A stretch of 64,000 bases of DNA, from sequence record NC_054925.1; one strand, given 5' to 3'. The DNA is from Escherichia phage vB_EcoM_NBG2. The position numbers and the translations under genes were made by a program. The notes beneath the pieces are model-generated. The model was not told the origin of the DNA. It ran no database searches and worked only from the letters and a program-made list of their open reading frames with translations. Of the stretch, positions 30,516-42,886 are shown in pieces (the first letter of the stretch is position 1; each line of letters starts with the position of its first letter).

Positions 30516-30692
30516 TTATGCTTTCTGCTTACCAAAACGAGAAGCATCATCTCGAAGAACCGCACGTGCTCGGCGCATGATCTTCTCAACAGTTTGATTG
30601 ATACGAGAGTTCGACCCACGCTTGTAACCAGCGCGTTTAGAATCACCAACTTTCTTTTCAACTGCTTTCTTTGCTTTAGCTTGTTTTGCCAT
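30516..30692 (-). CDS. small basic protein (30.9-like), start trimmed to ATG
   Basis: 58 aa MAKQAKAKKAVEKKVGDSKRAGYKRG...; ORF track N-terminal extension judged unlikely. Confidence 0.5.
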   Translation of the reverse strand: MAKQAKAKKAVEKKVGDSKRAGYKRGSNSRINQTVEKIMRRARAVLRDDASRFGKQKA

Positions 30693-30997
30693 TATAAATT
30701 CTCTTTTAAATGAAAATGCAGGACTTATTGGCATTGCCTGCGCAAGCCCTCAAGGGGAACATAGGTTTTGTATATTTACCGACAGGATAACCATAAACCT
30801 CGTCAACATACCTTATAGCTCTTATCTGTTGCACACCGTTAGCTTAAAGGTTCCGGGTTCGATTTCTCGAGGATAAGATATATACTGATGGATATATAGG
30901 CCTTGAGGCGTACTCCCGATTGGCCATCACCTCGGGGTAGCATGCACTTGCCGCTATAAGAATAACATTCAAGAGGTACACCATAAAACTGCCGGGG

Positions 30998-31028
30998 TCT
31001 TAAAACTATAATGATTCGCAAATCATTA
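30998..31028 (-). terminator. terminator-like hairpin downstream of rIII
   Basis: Perfect 8-bp stem UAAUGAUU-UGCG-AAUCAUUA followed by UAGUUUUAAG on the minus transcript, 60 nt after the rIII stop. Confidence 0.55.
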
Positions 31029-31089
31029 ATCAGACAGTTCGATGGCTCCTCGATTTTAGCTCACACTAAGGCAGTGAATCTCCAATAAA

Positions 31090-31338
31090 TTACTTCAGTG
31101 TTACCACAAAGTGACGAACTGCTTTTCGTGCGGCAGAAGCCAGAGGCTTAGCATATTTAAGTTCATCTTTTTCCTGGAGCTCAGCAGCTAATGCAGTTTG
31201 AGCAGGATTCAGATGTTTGAAATAACGCAGGATTTCAAGAGCTTCGGCTTCAACATCAATAGATGCGCCATAGTTTTCGTGACCATTATTCCATGCGTTT
31301 CGTTGCAGTTCAAGAGCGTGTTGTAATTGTTTAATCAT
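31090..31338 (-). CDS. rIII: RIII lysis-inhibition accessory protein
   Basis: 82 aa, position between the 30.x genes and gene 31, sequence recognised. Confidence 0.85.
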   Translation of the reverse strand: MIKQLQHALELQRNAWNNGHENYGASIDVEAEALEILRYFKHLNPAQTALAAELQEKDELKYAKPLASAARKAVRHFVVTLK

Positions 31339-31485
31339 TTAAAAATTCTCGTTAGAGATTAAAACTCGGTAGTCACGTTCTTCTGAATTTCATCTTCTTT
31401 CGACAGATCTCTCAGTTGTAGACTACCACGTAGAATTGTTCGGTTAACTTATTATTCCGACACCCAATTCATATTATTATTTATA

Positions 31486-31821
31486 TCACTTATAAAGACA
31501 CGGAATAGCTTTATAATGACATGTTACGAATTTTTGTTTAATTTCTTTTGGCTGCTTAAGACCCAGAGCTACAAAAGGATGCGGAACGTTTCGAATTTGA
31601 CCAACTGGAAGAGAAGTCAAATCACCAACTTCGCAGAAACCTTCAGGAACATCAGGACCAACAGAGTGAACTACACACAGTTCAGGAACTTCACCTTGAA
31701 CACGTTTACCGATAATAAGTCCTGATTCTGTAACTTCTTCATCACCGGCTTGCGCAGGTTCAGAAACTAAAATAACATATTCACCGACAGCACGAATTGG
31801 TAGCTGTTGTACTTCAGACAT
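31486..31821 (-). CDS. 31: co-chaperonin gp31 (GroES analogue)
   Basis: 111 aa; sequence recognised as T4 gp31. Confidence 0.95.
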
Positions 31822-31851
31822 CGTTTTTCCTTTTTGTTAACAGATGAATTA

Positions 31852-31876
31852 ATAATAACAAATAATTCTTAAAGCA
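31852..31876 (-). promoter_or_regulatory. MotA-dependent middle promoter for gene 31
   Basis: Minus strand MotA box AATGCTTTA, 12-nt spacer, TATTAT, about 30 nt upstream of the gene 31 ATG. Confidence 0.65.
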
Positions 31877-31877
31877 T

Positions 31878-32186
31878 TTATTTACCAATAAATTGAAGCA
31901 AATGCTCAACTTTCATACCATTAACGGAAATCAATTTGTCAATAGAAAAACCTCGCCATGCACCAAGCTCAACATCAAATACTGGAATCATATCAGTAGA
32001 TTCTTTCCGAGTAGATTCAGTCAATTTACCAGTTTGCATGGTTGGCATAAAGTCAGCATCACGAGTACCTTTCATAGTACGAATAGTACCGTCAGACTTT
32101 TCAAAAACCACGTTTGAAATACCCATAGACAATTTAGTTTTCAAAATTTCACGAATTGCTACTTTTTGTTCAGTCGTCAGTTTCAT
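31878..32186 (-). CDS. hypothetical protein (31.1-like)
   Basis: 102-aa ORF. Confidence 0.6.
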   Translation of the reverse strand: MKLTTEQKVAIREILKTKLSMGISNVVFEKSDGTIRTMKGTRDADFMPTMQTGKLTESTRKESTDMIPVFDVELGAWRGFSIDKLISVNGMKVEHLLQFIGK

Positions 32187-32423
32187 TTATTTACCTATCA
32201 CAGTTTTAATATGAGTTGTTCCACGTTCTTTAAGAGTGGAAAGCAATTTTTGGCATTTTTCTAAATCAGATTTCCAACTATACGGTCTATCAATACAAAC
32301 CCAGTTTGACTTATAATACTGCTTCCATTTAGAGAAAAAATACTTCTTATACTCTACAGCAAATGAAATGTTCTCGTTGGAATAAGAACTAATTGCTGTG
32401 AGTTGTACCAAACGAAATTTCAT
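32187..32423 (-). CDS. hypothetical protein (31.2-like)
   Basis: 78-aa ORF. Confidence 0.55.
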   Translation of the reverse strand: MKFRLVQLTAISSYSNENISFAVEYKKYFFSKWKQYYKSNWVCIDRPYSWKSDLEKCQKLLSTLKERGTTHIKTVIGK

Positions 32424-33004
32424 TATTCACCACAGAATTCGTTGATATTTTCCCAGTTTAACTTATTCAAGTTTTTCTTAGGAACATTGAACACTTCAAT
32501 ACCCGCATTTCGCAGAATATCATCCCAACCAGGTTTATTTTTATCGTATGTTTCGCAATAAACCAGCTTTTTAATTCCAGATTGAGCTATCGCTTTTGCA
32601 CAATCTGGACAAGGAGAAAGTGTTACATACATAGTAGCACCTTCAATTGAAGAACCATTTCGTGCAGCAAACAAAATTGCATTTAGTTCAGCATGAATTT
32701 CATTTTTAGACGACCATTCAGAATGAGCGCTGCGGTGTTCTTTCGCCAAAACAAAACGATCAGTTGAACCAAATGATACGCATTCAGGCTTATGACCTTG
32801 AATGATAGTATGTTTAGGCTTATTCAGCAACCAACCTTGCTCAGCAGCATAATCACAACAGTTCACACCACCTGCCGGAGAACCGTTATATCCAGTAGAA
32901 ATAATACGTCCATTCTTTTCAATTACTGCTCCTACCTTCCAGGAGCAACATTTTGATTCTTGTGATACTAAATATGCAATTTGAAGTACTGTACTCGCTT
33001 TCAT
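32423..33004 (-). CDS. cd: dCMP deaminase
   Basis: 193 aa; zinc-binding deaminase motifs HAELNAI and PCPDCAKAI. Confidence 0.95.
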   Translation of the reverse strand: MKASTVLQIAYLVSQESKCCSWKVGAVIEKNGRIISTGYNGSPAGGVNCCDYAAEQGWLLNKPKHTIIQGHKPECVSFGSTDRFVLAKEHRSAHSEWSSKNEIHAELNAILFAARNGSSIEGATMYVTLSPCPDCAKAIAQSGIKKLVYCETYDKNKPGWDDILRNAGIEVFNVPKKNLNKLNWENINEFCGE

Positions 33005-33339
33005 TTCATAATCACCAGATAAGCAGATTTAGCAGTTTCAACACGATAAATTTCGTGACGAAGTTTAGTTATACTTTTAATAACAGAACTAATTATATTC
33101 TGCCCGTCTTTAAAGCGGTTTTTCTTATCAATAAAAATTGCACCAGCCATCTTTTTGTGAAGCTCAACTGGATACTTCGTCACAATAATAGCATCATACA
33201 CAGAAGGATGAATACTGTTCACCAGAGTATCATTCATTAAAGTTATTCTAATGAACTGTGCTGTTTCAGAATCAAGCGCTCTATGATCGCCAGTATCATT
33301 TTCAAGACAATTATCAATTATATCAGTTAAATTCATCAT
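33001..33339 (-). CDS. hypothetical protein (cd.1-like)
   Basis: 112-aa ORF, ATGA-coupled. Confidence 0.55.
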   Translation of the reverse strand: MMNLTDIIDNCLENDTGDHRALDSETAQFIRITLMNDTLVNSIHPSVYDAIIVTKYPVELHKKMAGAIFIDKKNRFKDGQNIISSVIKSITKLRHEIYRVETAKSAYLVIMK

Positions 33340-33572
33340 AGTACGCCATACACCCTTTGTGCTTCAACTAATCCATCAAAATCCAGTTTAAGATGCGTTA
33401 TTTGGTCACCATCACCTGGATTCACAATTACTAATACTGAACGAGGAGTTTCGGTAATAACACGAACCGACGTTTCAGGAAATCGTTCAGAAACCTTATT
33501 TACCAATTCTTGAGCAAATAGTTTAACTTTTTCTTGGAATTCTTTAACAGTAATTGGTTTTTCGCTTAGCAT
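33336..33572 (-). CDS. hypothetical protein (cd.2-like)
   Basis: 78-aa ORF. Confidence 0.55.
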   Translation of the reverse strand: MLSEKPITVKEFQEKVKLFAQELVNKVSERFPETSVRVITETPRSVLVIVNPGDGDQITHLKLDFDGLVEAQRVYGVL

Positions 33573-34093
33573 GTTGATCCCAGCTCCTTACTTTCAACGT
33601 TTTTAACTAATTTGACAGAAACTAATTCAGCATCTTGAGTAATCATTACCGGACCTTCTTCATACTCTTCAAGATATTCTAGAGCTTTCTTTTTAGCTTC
33701 TTCCTTCGTATCAGTTTGAGCATAGATATAAAACATACAACCAGTAATACCTACTACTTTCCACTTAATTTCTTTATCAGCTTTAATTTCAAATTTACTG
33801 ACAGAATCATCTTTTTTAACTTCTTCGAAAAAAGAATATTCTAGCATATAAGCAATTGAAAATAACGGACTAACTTTATAGGATTCACCCATTACATCAA
33901 CAGCTTTATACCAGCAATCGTCAATTTCGCGTTTAATGCTAATAACATTTTTCGCAGGATCTATTTTTACTTTAAATGAATTTTCCCCAATAAACTGAGC
34001 AATTCGTTTATTAGCCCCACAAGTTTCATTAAAAATATCTTTATATCCAGCTTTAAAGCGATAAACCTTATCTTCTTCAAACCATTCGCTCAT
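33566..34093 (-). CDS. hypothetical protein (cd.3-like)
   Basis: 175-aa ORF downstream of an early-promoter cassette. Confidence 0.6.
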   Translation of the reverse strand: MSEWFEEDKVYRFKAGYKDIFNETCGANKRIAQFIGENSFKVKIDPAKNVISIKREIDDCWYKAVDVMGESYKVSPLFSIAYMLEYSFFEEVKKDDSVSKFEIKADKEIKWKVVGITGCMFYIYAQTDTKEEAKKKALEYLEEYEEGPVMITQDAELVSVKLVKNVESKELGSTC

Positions 34094-34114
34094 TTCAATT
34101 TCCTCATTTGTTTT

Positions 34115-34153
34115 GGTAGAGCTATAATATCACAACTCTACCGTAAAGTAAAC
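34115..34153 (-). promoter_or_regulatory. early promoter with stem-loop (PeSL-like)
   Basis: Minus GTTTAC, 18 nt, TATTAT; 7-bp inverted repeat GGTAGAG/CTCTACC flanking the -10. Confidence 0.6.
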
Positions 34154-34155
34154 TA

Positions 34156-34431
34156 TTAAATTGCTTTGAATTCTGATGTCTGTGATTCAAAGCGAATATC
34201 GCCTTTGATGACTAGCTCAGCATCAAGACCGAATACGACAATGATATGCGCGGAACCTGGATACAGCGTAATTGCAATAGAATCCACTTGGTCTGGAAGC
34301 AAAGCGTTCAATACATGAGTCACTTGAGCGTGGATTCGAAGTTCAGCTGCATTATCAAGCTTTTCAAACATATTATTAGCGATAATTTGGCTAAACACTA
34401 CTTCTACGATTTTAGAATAAGTCGGAAACAT
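34156..34431 (-). CDS. hypothetical protein (cd.4-like)
   Basis: 91-aa ORF. Confidence 0.55.
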   Translation of the reverse strand: MFPTYSKIVEVVFSQIIANNMFEKLDNAAELRIHAQVTHVLNALLPDQVDSIAITLYPGSAHIIVVFGLDAELVIKGDIRFESQTSEFKAI

Positions 34432-34433
34432 AT

Positions 34434-34634
34434 TTACCTCACATAATTTTCTTCAAGCCAATCAATAACATCCAAAGCGTTATCAAAAATTGAACCATCT
34501 ACTTTGTCTTCTGTTTCATAATCAAGAACATCTAAGCCTACTCTTCCATCAACAATAGGCCATAAACAAAATAGATATTTCTTTTCTTTTTCAATTTCAT
34601 CACAAAGTCGATAAATCTTTTCTATGTTATTCAT
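34434..34634 (-). CDS. hypothetical protein (cd.5-like)
   Basis: 66-aa ORF. Confidence 0.5.
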   Translation of the reverse strand: MNNIEKIYRLCDEIEKEKKYLFCLWPIVDGRVGLDVLDYETEDKVDGSIFDNALDVIDWLEENYVR

Positions 34635-34823
34635 AAGTTTTCCATGGTAAAGGCAGTTTAGTTTTCTTTACTGTTAGTTCAACATCAGGATTCTTTTCTC
34701 TTAATTTAAGGCATTCCTCCCAAGCCCTAATTTCACTAGTGAATATACAAAATTGCCCATTACTAGTACCAACTAAACCACTGTTTACAATAACAATAGC
34801 CCAAGTTTCATGATGCCAAGCCA

Positions 34824-34824
<1 letters not shown>
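34627..34824 (-). CDS. hypothetical protein
   Basis: 65-aa ORF, overlaps neighbours by a few nt. Confidence 0.5.
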
Positions 34825-36024
<1,200 letters not shown>

Positions 36025-36028
<4 letters not shown>

Positions 36029-36255
36029 TTATTTTTCTCAACCAATGATTGAATATAATCATGCAGGTCTTTAGATGCTTTGCCCCACTTATTTTGGTAT
36101 TCATTTTTGAGATTAGCACGTGATTGAGCTAATAAAACATCATTAGTTGGAGGTAAAGATTCTAATCGTTGAATCTGGCGTCCATAAATCATTGCAGCCA
36201 TCTCGGATTCATAAATCAATCCTTTGAGATGTTCAAATTGATGCCATGAAATCAT
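36025..36255 (-). CDS. hypothetical protein
   Basis: 76-aa ORF. Confidence 0.5.
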
Positions 36256-36551
36256 TTACACTTATCCTCTTTTAACTCTTGACGATAATAACATATCATA
36301 GTTTTTTGGTCATGTACATATCGTTTTACATCATTAAGCCAAATACGAAATTCCTGGGAATCTTCAAATGGCATACCGACCCAAGCTTTACCATCAATAA
36401 CTTTAACTTGCCAAGATAGTTTAGCTTCATCATATGACTTTATTTGTACAGGCCAATTAGGATGAACTGTTTCTTTCTTTACTTCTAGAGGCTTTGTCGA
36501 ACAACCAACTAGAAGACCAATAGATAATATTACTGCTGATAGTTTAATCAT
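36252..36551 (-). CDS. outer-membrane spanin lipoprotein (Rz1 equivalent, pseT.2-like)
   Basis: Signal peptide with lipobox LLVGC, 99 aa, directly downstream of a TM/coiled-coil partner. Confidence 0.7.
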   Translation of the reverse strand: MIKLSAVILSIGLLVGCSTKPLEVKKETVHPNWPVQIKSYDEAKLSWQVKVIDGKAWVGMPFEDSQEFRIWLNDVKRYVHDQKTMICYYRQELKEDKCK

Positions 36552-36901
36552 TTAGAAAGGTCCTGGATGTCTTCTGCGAACTTGTTGAAGGAGTTGTTGA
36601 TTTGTTTTTCAACCAATCCTGGCTTATGAGCCACCACATCCGCCTTCTTTGCATCTTTGCGCAGTTTTTCATTTTCACGCTCAATAGCAGCAATTGCCTC
36701 ACGATTTTTATTATTCATCGCATCAATATAATTATACTGAATTCGCAAATTATCTAATGCTAAAGCGTTTTCATTGGCTGTTTTTGTAATTTCAGTAACC
36801 GATGTTTCTAATCTTTCTACCTTATTTTTTAAAATAATAGATGTTCCGCCAAATGCTATTACAAGTAATAGCAATCCAGCTGTAAAATTACTTACATGCA
36901 T
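36548..36901 (-). CDS. inner-membrane spanin (Rz equivalent, pseT.3-like)
   Basis: N-terminal TM helix (FTAGLLLLVIAFGGTSIIL) followed by coiled-coil, 117 aa. Confidence 0.7.
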   Translation of the reverse strand: MHVSNFTAGLLLLVIAFGGTSIILKNKVERLETSVTEITKTANENALALDNLRIQYNYIDAMNNKNREAIAAIERENEKLRKDAKKADVVAHKPGLVEKQINNSFNKFAEDIQDLSK

Positions 36902-37398
36902 AAAGTTTTAATAACCTCTACAATATCGTCTTGAGAAAGACCGTTAATTAAAATATGATGTTCAGCTGGAGATTTAGAAATTTTAAAGCATGCCTCAACA
37001 TCTTCTGCCATATCCGATGCGCTACGATTTGGATTACTAATTCCAAGACGATGTTTTCCCGTCAAAGGATTAACGATGATGTAGCATTTACAGCTATTAA
37101 TGTGAACATTAGGTTGAGTCTGATTAATGAACACATCACAATCGTATTTCGCAAGCTGATTTTCTAAAAAGACTTTCATCTCCTCAACCGCATCAGGAAG
37201 CATATCACGGGCTTGCTCAAGACGACGATTTCGATATTCTTTAATGGTCGTTTTCCGTTTGACTTGCTTAGCTAAATCTTTCTTAAGATCGGTGATATAT
37301 CCAACTCGACGATTTCCTTTAAATACAGAAATCCCATCTGTAGTATCACCGTATGCTTCAACGACCATCTCAGTAGTAATAAGCTGCAAATCCATCAT
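36892..37398 (-). CDS. alc: Alc, host transcription shutoff protein
   Basis: 168 aa, position between the spanins and rnlA as in T4. Confidence 0.75.
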   Translation of the reverse strand: MMDLQLITTEMVVEAYGDTTDGISVFKGNRRVGYITDLKKDLAKQVKRKTTIKEYRNRRLEQARDMLPDAVEEMKVFLENQLAKYDCDVFINQTQPNVHINSCKCYIIVNPLTGKHRLGISNPNRSASDMAEDVEACFKISKSPAEHHILINGLSQDDIVEVIKTLCM

Positions 37399-37402
37399 AA
37401 AG

Positions 37403-37456
37403 TCCTCATGTTATGTCAGTAAGACTACTATAACACAACACGAGGGACTTGTAAAC
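37403..37456 (-). promoter_or_regulatory. early promoter with stem-loop (PeSL-like cassette), copy B
   Basis: Minus GTTTAC, 18 nt, TATAGT; 52 of 54 nt identical to copy A at 21448..21501. Confidence 0.65.
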
Positions 37457-37459
37457 AGC

Positions 37460-39047
<1,588 letters not shown>

Positions 39048-39055
39048 AATAAAAT

Positions 39056-39069
39056 GGGCCTTGCGGCCC
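39056..39069 (-). terminator. hairpin / terminator between nrdB and denA
   Basis: GGGCC-GCAA-GGCCC (GNRA loop) on the minus transcript followed by AUUUUAUU. Confidence 0.6.
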
Positions 39070-39074
39070 ACTCC

Positions 39075-40253
39075 TTAAAAGTATTTTTTAAAACTCATCA
39101 TAACTTTATCATCAACATCATTATCAATCTGTGCTACAAGGTAAGATGACAGTTCTACTTCTTGCGGCGCGGATTGAACATTATCAGAATTAAGGTATTC
39201 ACGAATCCAAGGATATGGATGTTTAACCGGAGCATCGGTAATTGGGCATGGAAGACCACACTGTTTCATACGAGATACAGTTAAGTAATCAATAAAGCTC
39301 CACATGCTATTTGTATTTAATCCAGGAACATCGCCATCTTTAAATAAATGAACTGCCCAATCTTTTTCTTGGCGGTTAACTTCCATGAAAATATCAACTG
39401 CTTCTTGTTCACACTCTTGAGCAATTTTAACCCATTCATCGCCATCAGTGCCAAGTTGAAGTTGACGAATAATATATTGAGTGCCTTTAAGGTGAAGCTG
39501 CTCATCACGTGCAATAAACTTCATAATCTTGGCATTACCTTCCATGATTTCCATGTTCTTATGGAAGTTAAAGGTACATGCAAAAGATACATAAAAACGA
39601 ATAGCTTCTAAGGCATTAATAACGTGTAAACAGAGGTAAAGAGACTTCATTAAAGCACGTTTAGCTTCGGCCTCTTGTTTAATAGCTCGGTTTAAACGAA
39701 AGTCGGCATCAGGAGATTCTTTAGCTAGTTCTACAAATTCTTTAGCATTTTCCCATTCACGGGTTTTAATCAGAACATCATCATAATAGCGACCGATAGA
39801 TTCAGCACGTTTCATGATAGCTTCATCTAATACAATCTCATCAAATACCTTTGATGGGTCAGTATAAAGATTTCGCATGATATGAGTATATGAACGGCTG
39901 TGAATAGTTTCACTAAAAGTCCATGTAGCAACCCATGTATCAAGGCTTGGGTCTGAAATTAATGACATAAGTACAGCAGACGGCGCACGACCCTGAATGC
40001 TATCCAAAAGTGATTGATACTTCAGGTTGTTAGTAAAAATATTTTGCTGATACTGAGGAAGCTTATTAAACTGCGCAGCATCCATCATTAAGTTTACTTC
40101 TTCAGGACGCCAGAAAAATGACAACTGCTTTTCGGTTAAATCTTCAAAAACTTTATGACGTTGAATATCATAACGCGCAATACCAAGACCTGAACCGAAG
40201 AACATAGGTTCTTTTAAAACATCAACTGGATTTGTATTAAAAACTGTGCTCAT
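39075..40253 (-). CDS. nrdB: ribonucleotide reductase small subunit; uninterrupted (no intron)
   Basis: 392-aa continuous ORF with the di-iron/tyrosyl-radical R2 fold. Confidence 0.97.
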   Translation of the reverse strand: MSTVFNTNPVDVLKEPMFFGSGLGIARYDIQRHKVFEDLTEKQLSFFWRPEEVNLMMDAAQFNKLPQYQQNIFTNNLKYQSLLDSIQGRAPSAVLMSLISDPSLDTWVATWTFSETIHSRSYTHIMRNLYTDPSKVFDEIVLDEAIMKRAESIGRYYDDVLIKTREWENAKEFVELAKESPDADFRLNRAIKQEAEAKRALMKSLYLCLHVINALEAIRFYVSFACTFNFHKNMEIMEGNAKIMKFIARDEQLHLKGTQYIIRQLQLGTDGDEWVKIAQECEQEAVDIFMEVNRQEKDWAVHLFKDGDVPGLNTNSMWSFIDYLTVSRMKQCGLPCPITDAPVKHPYPWIREYLNSDNVQSAPQEVELSSYLVAQIDNDVDDKVMMSFKKYF

Positions 40254-40304
40254 AAATTTTCCGCTTAGTTAATAGATAGTGACTCGTCCGTGAGTCAAAT
40301 TATA

Positions 40305-42569
40305 TCATAATTTACAGGATGAACAATCTTCAGCTTTTGGAGTTTCTATTTCATAATCATCAGTACCGGAACCATCACGGGTATTATGATAATAGAAATT
40401 TTTTCCGCCAAAATACCAAAAGTACAAAAGGTCATCAATCATTATTGACATTGGAACCTTTCCTTTTGGAAAAATCTGCGGGTCATAATATGTATTCGCT
40501 GAAGCTGATTGACACACCCATTTCAGCATAATAGCTACCTGCGTAAGATAAGGTTTATTACCTTTCTTAGCTAATTTCCACGTATAATCATATAGGTCTA
40601 TGTTATGCTCAATATTGGGCACGACTTGATTAAAGGAACCCTCTTTTGATTCTTTAACAGAGACTGGTCCACGTGGAGGCTCGATACCGTTTGTACTGTT
40701 AGAAACTTGGGAAGATGACTCACATGGCATAAGTGCTGATAATGTGCTATTACGGATGCCAAAGAGCTTAAGGTCTTCCCGCAGCGCCGACCAGTCACAA
40801 ACGTATTTTGGAGCTGCGATTTGGTCAATCTTTTTATTGTACCAGTCGATAGGTAATTCGCCTCGAGACCAACGAGTGTCTGAATAATATTCGCAAGGTC
40901 CTTTTTCTTTGGCGAGCTTAATGGATGCTTTAATGAGTCCATACTGTAATCTCTCAAATAGTTCATGTGTTAAATCGTTAGCATCTTCATAAGAAGCAAA
41001 GTTACTTGCCAGCCAAGCTGCATAGTTGGTAACACCTACGCCAAGATTACGACGCTTTTTAGCTTTTTCTGCTTCAGGAACTGGATATCCTTGGTAATCC
41101 AAAAGATTATCAAGAGCGCGAACTTGAACTTCTGCTAATTCATTAATTTTATCTTGGTCTTGCCAATCGAAGTTATCCAACACAAATGCAGATAACGTAC
41201 ACAATCCAATTTCAGCATCAGGACTATTCACATCATTTGTTGGAATAGCAATTTCACAACACAAGTTACTCTGGCGAATAGGTGCCTTTTCACGAATAAA
41301 CGGAGTATAGTTATTCGTATTATCAATGAACTGCACATAAATCCTTGCTGTTCCTGAGCGTTCAGTCATGAGCAATTCAAATAGTTCACGGGCTTTAATA
41401 CGCTTTTTACGAATATTAGGATCTTTTTCTGCTGCTTCGTATAATTCACGGAAACGGTCTTGGTCTTTAAAATAAGAATAATAAAGTTCGCCACCCATTT
41501 CATGTGGACTAAACAAAGTAATGTAATCGTTCTTTCCAAAACGTTCCATCATCAAATCATTCAGCTGGACACCATAATCCATATGACGGATACGGTTTTC
41601 TTCTACGCCTTTGTTATTTTTCAAAACGAGAAGATTTTCAACTTCCAAATGCCAAATAGGATAATAAGCAGTAGCAGCGCCGCCACGAATTCCGCCCTGT
41701 GAACATGATTTAACAGCAGTCTGAACATGTTTCCAAAAAGGAATAACACCAGTATGACGCACTTCACCTGTGCCAATCTTAGAACCTTCGGCACGAATCA
41801 TACCAACGTTAATGCCGATTCCAGCTCGCTTGGAGATATATTCAACAATTGAAGCAGAAGCTTTGTTGATAGACTTCAGCGAATCACCTGCCTCAATAAC
41901 AACGCATGAACTAAACTGTCGAGTTGGAGTACGACATCCAGCCATAATAGGAGTTGGCAGTGAAATCTGTCGAGTAGATACTGCTTCATAAAAACGAATA
42001 ACATGTTTTAATCTGTCAACAGGTTCATCTTGATGCAATGCCATTCCAATAGTCATAAATGCAAACTGCGGAGTTTCATAAATTTGACCAGTGGTTTTAT
42101 CTTTAACGAGATATTTTTCTTTTAATTGCATCGCTCCGGAATAAGTAAATTCCATATCCCGCTCGTGCTTAATTTTTGATTCTAAAAATGTAATTTCTTC
42201 TGCAGAATATTTTGACAACAATTCAGGGTCGTATTTACCTTCATTTACACAGTAAGAAATATGGTCAATAAATGAACGTGGTTCATACTGCCCATAAACA
42301 TGCTTACGAAGAGCAAACATTAAACAGCGTGCAGCTACATATTGATAATCAGGTTCTTCAACCGAAATAGAATTCGCAGCAGCCTTAATGACAATAGTCT
42401 GAATATCATCAGTTGTCATTCCATCACGGAGATAAGATTTAATATTTTCATATAATTCATAAGGATCTACTGATGTTCCCTCAGCTGCCCAAGATAAAAC
42501 TTTAATAATTTTTTGTGGGTCAAAGCTCTGAGAAACACCACTACTTTTGATAACATTAATTAATTGCAT
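40305..42569 (-). CDS. nrdA: ribonucleotide reductase large subunit
   Basis: 754 aa, class Ia RNR alpha. Confidence 0.97.
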   Translation of the reverse strand: MQLINVIKSSGVSQSFDPQKIIKVLSWAAEGTSVDPYELYENIKSYLRDGMTTDDIQTIVIKAAANSISVEEPDYQYVAARCLMFALRKHVYGQYEPRSFIDHISYCVNEGKYDPELLSKYSAEEITFLESKIKHERDMEFTYSGAMQLKEKYLVKDKTTGQIYETPQFAFMTIGMALHQDEPVDRLKHVIRFYEAVSTRQISLPTPIMAGCRTPTRQFSSCVVIEAGDSLKSINKASASIVEYISKRAGIGINVGMIRAEGSKIGTGEVRHTGVIPFWKHVQTAVKSCSQGGIRGGAATAYYPIWHLEVENLLVLKNNKGVEENRIRHMDYGVQLNDLMMERFGKNDYITLFSPHEMGGELYYSYFKDQDRFRELYEAAEKDPNIRKKRIKARELFELLMTERSGTARIYVQFIDNTNNYTPFIREKAPIRQSNLCCEIAIPTNDVNSPDAEIGLCTLSAFVLDNFDWQDQDKINELAEVQVRALDNLLDYQGYPVPEAEKAKKRRNLGVGVTNYAAWLASNFASYEDANDLTHELFERLQYGLIKASIKLAKEKGPCEYYSDTRWSRGELPIDWYNKKIDQIAAPKYVCDWSALREDLKLFGIRNSTLSALMPCESSSQVSNSTNGIEPPRGPVSVKESKEGSFNQVVPNIEHNIDLYDYTWKLAKKGNKPYLTQVAIMLKWVCQSASANTYYDPQIFPKGKVPMSIMIDDLLYFWYFGGKNFYYHNTRDGSGTDDYEIETPKAEDCSSCKL

Positions 42570-42886
42570 AAGTCCTCAACTTGAAAATCGTCTTTAAACA
42601 ATCGGTTAACTATATGAGCTATTATATCACCATGACACGGCTTTGGTTTACATGTGCATCCTAGCCTCATTCCACGTAAAGGCTCTAAATGTGCTTTAGT
42701 TATTTCTCCGGATTTAATTCGACGTATAAAATCTTTTTTGAATAATTCAATGGCAGCCTCCCGGCTGCCAGCATCTTTACCGACGTAATTTCCCCAAAAT
42801 GTACCACGGTGAATATTAACATCAAAGTCGGATTTGTATTTATTCACTACCCGGCATAGACGGCCCGCGCGGTTGTAGGTGTTCAT
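42560..42886 (-). CDS. hypothetical Cys/His-motif protein (nrdA.1-like)
   Basis: 108-aa ORF with C-terminal [11 protein letters not shown] motif. Confidence 0.55.
   Translation of the reverse strand: MNTYNRAGRLCRVVNKYKSDFDVNIHRGTFWGNYVGKDAGSREAAIELFKKDFIRRIKSGEITKAHLEPLRGMRLGCTCKPKPCHGDIIAHIVNRLFKDDFQVEDLCN

Noticed and set aside
30850-30870. tRNA T-loop-like string ggttccgggttcgatttc
   Set aside because: No acceptor, D or anticodon stems can be drawn around it and C61 is missing.
30839-31021. 60-aa minus-strand ORF inside the rIII/30.9 gap
   Set aside because: No ribosome-binding site, odd composition, and it spans predicted hairpins; more likely a chance ORF or remnant.
31440-31460. TATAAATA on the minus strand about 110 nt upstream of rIII
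   Set aside because: Too far from the ATG to assign confidently, and chance 8-mer matches are expected in AT-rich DNA.
39075-40253. Possible group I intron in nrdB
   Set aside because: nrdB is one continuous 392-aa ORF with no in-frame interruption.
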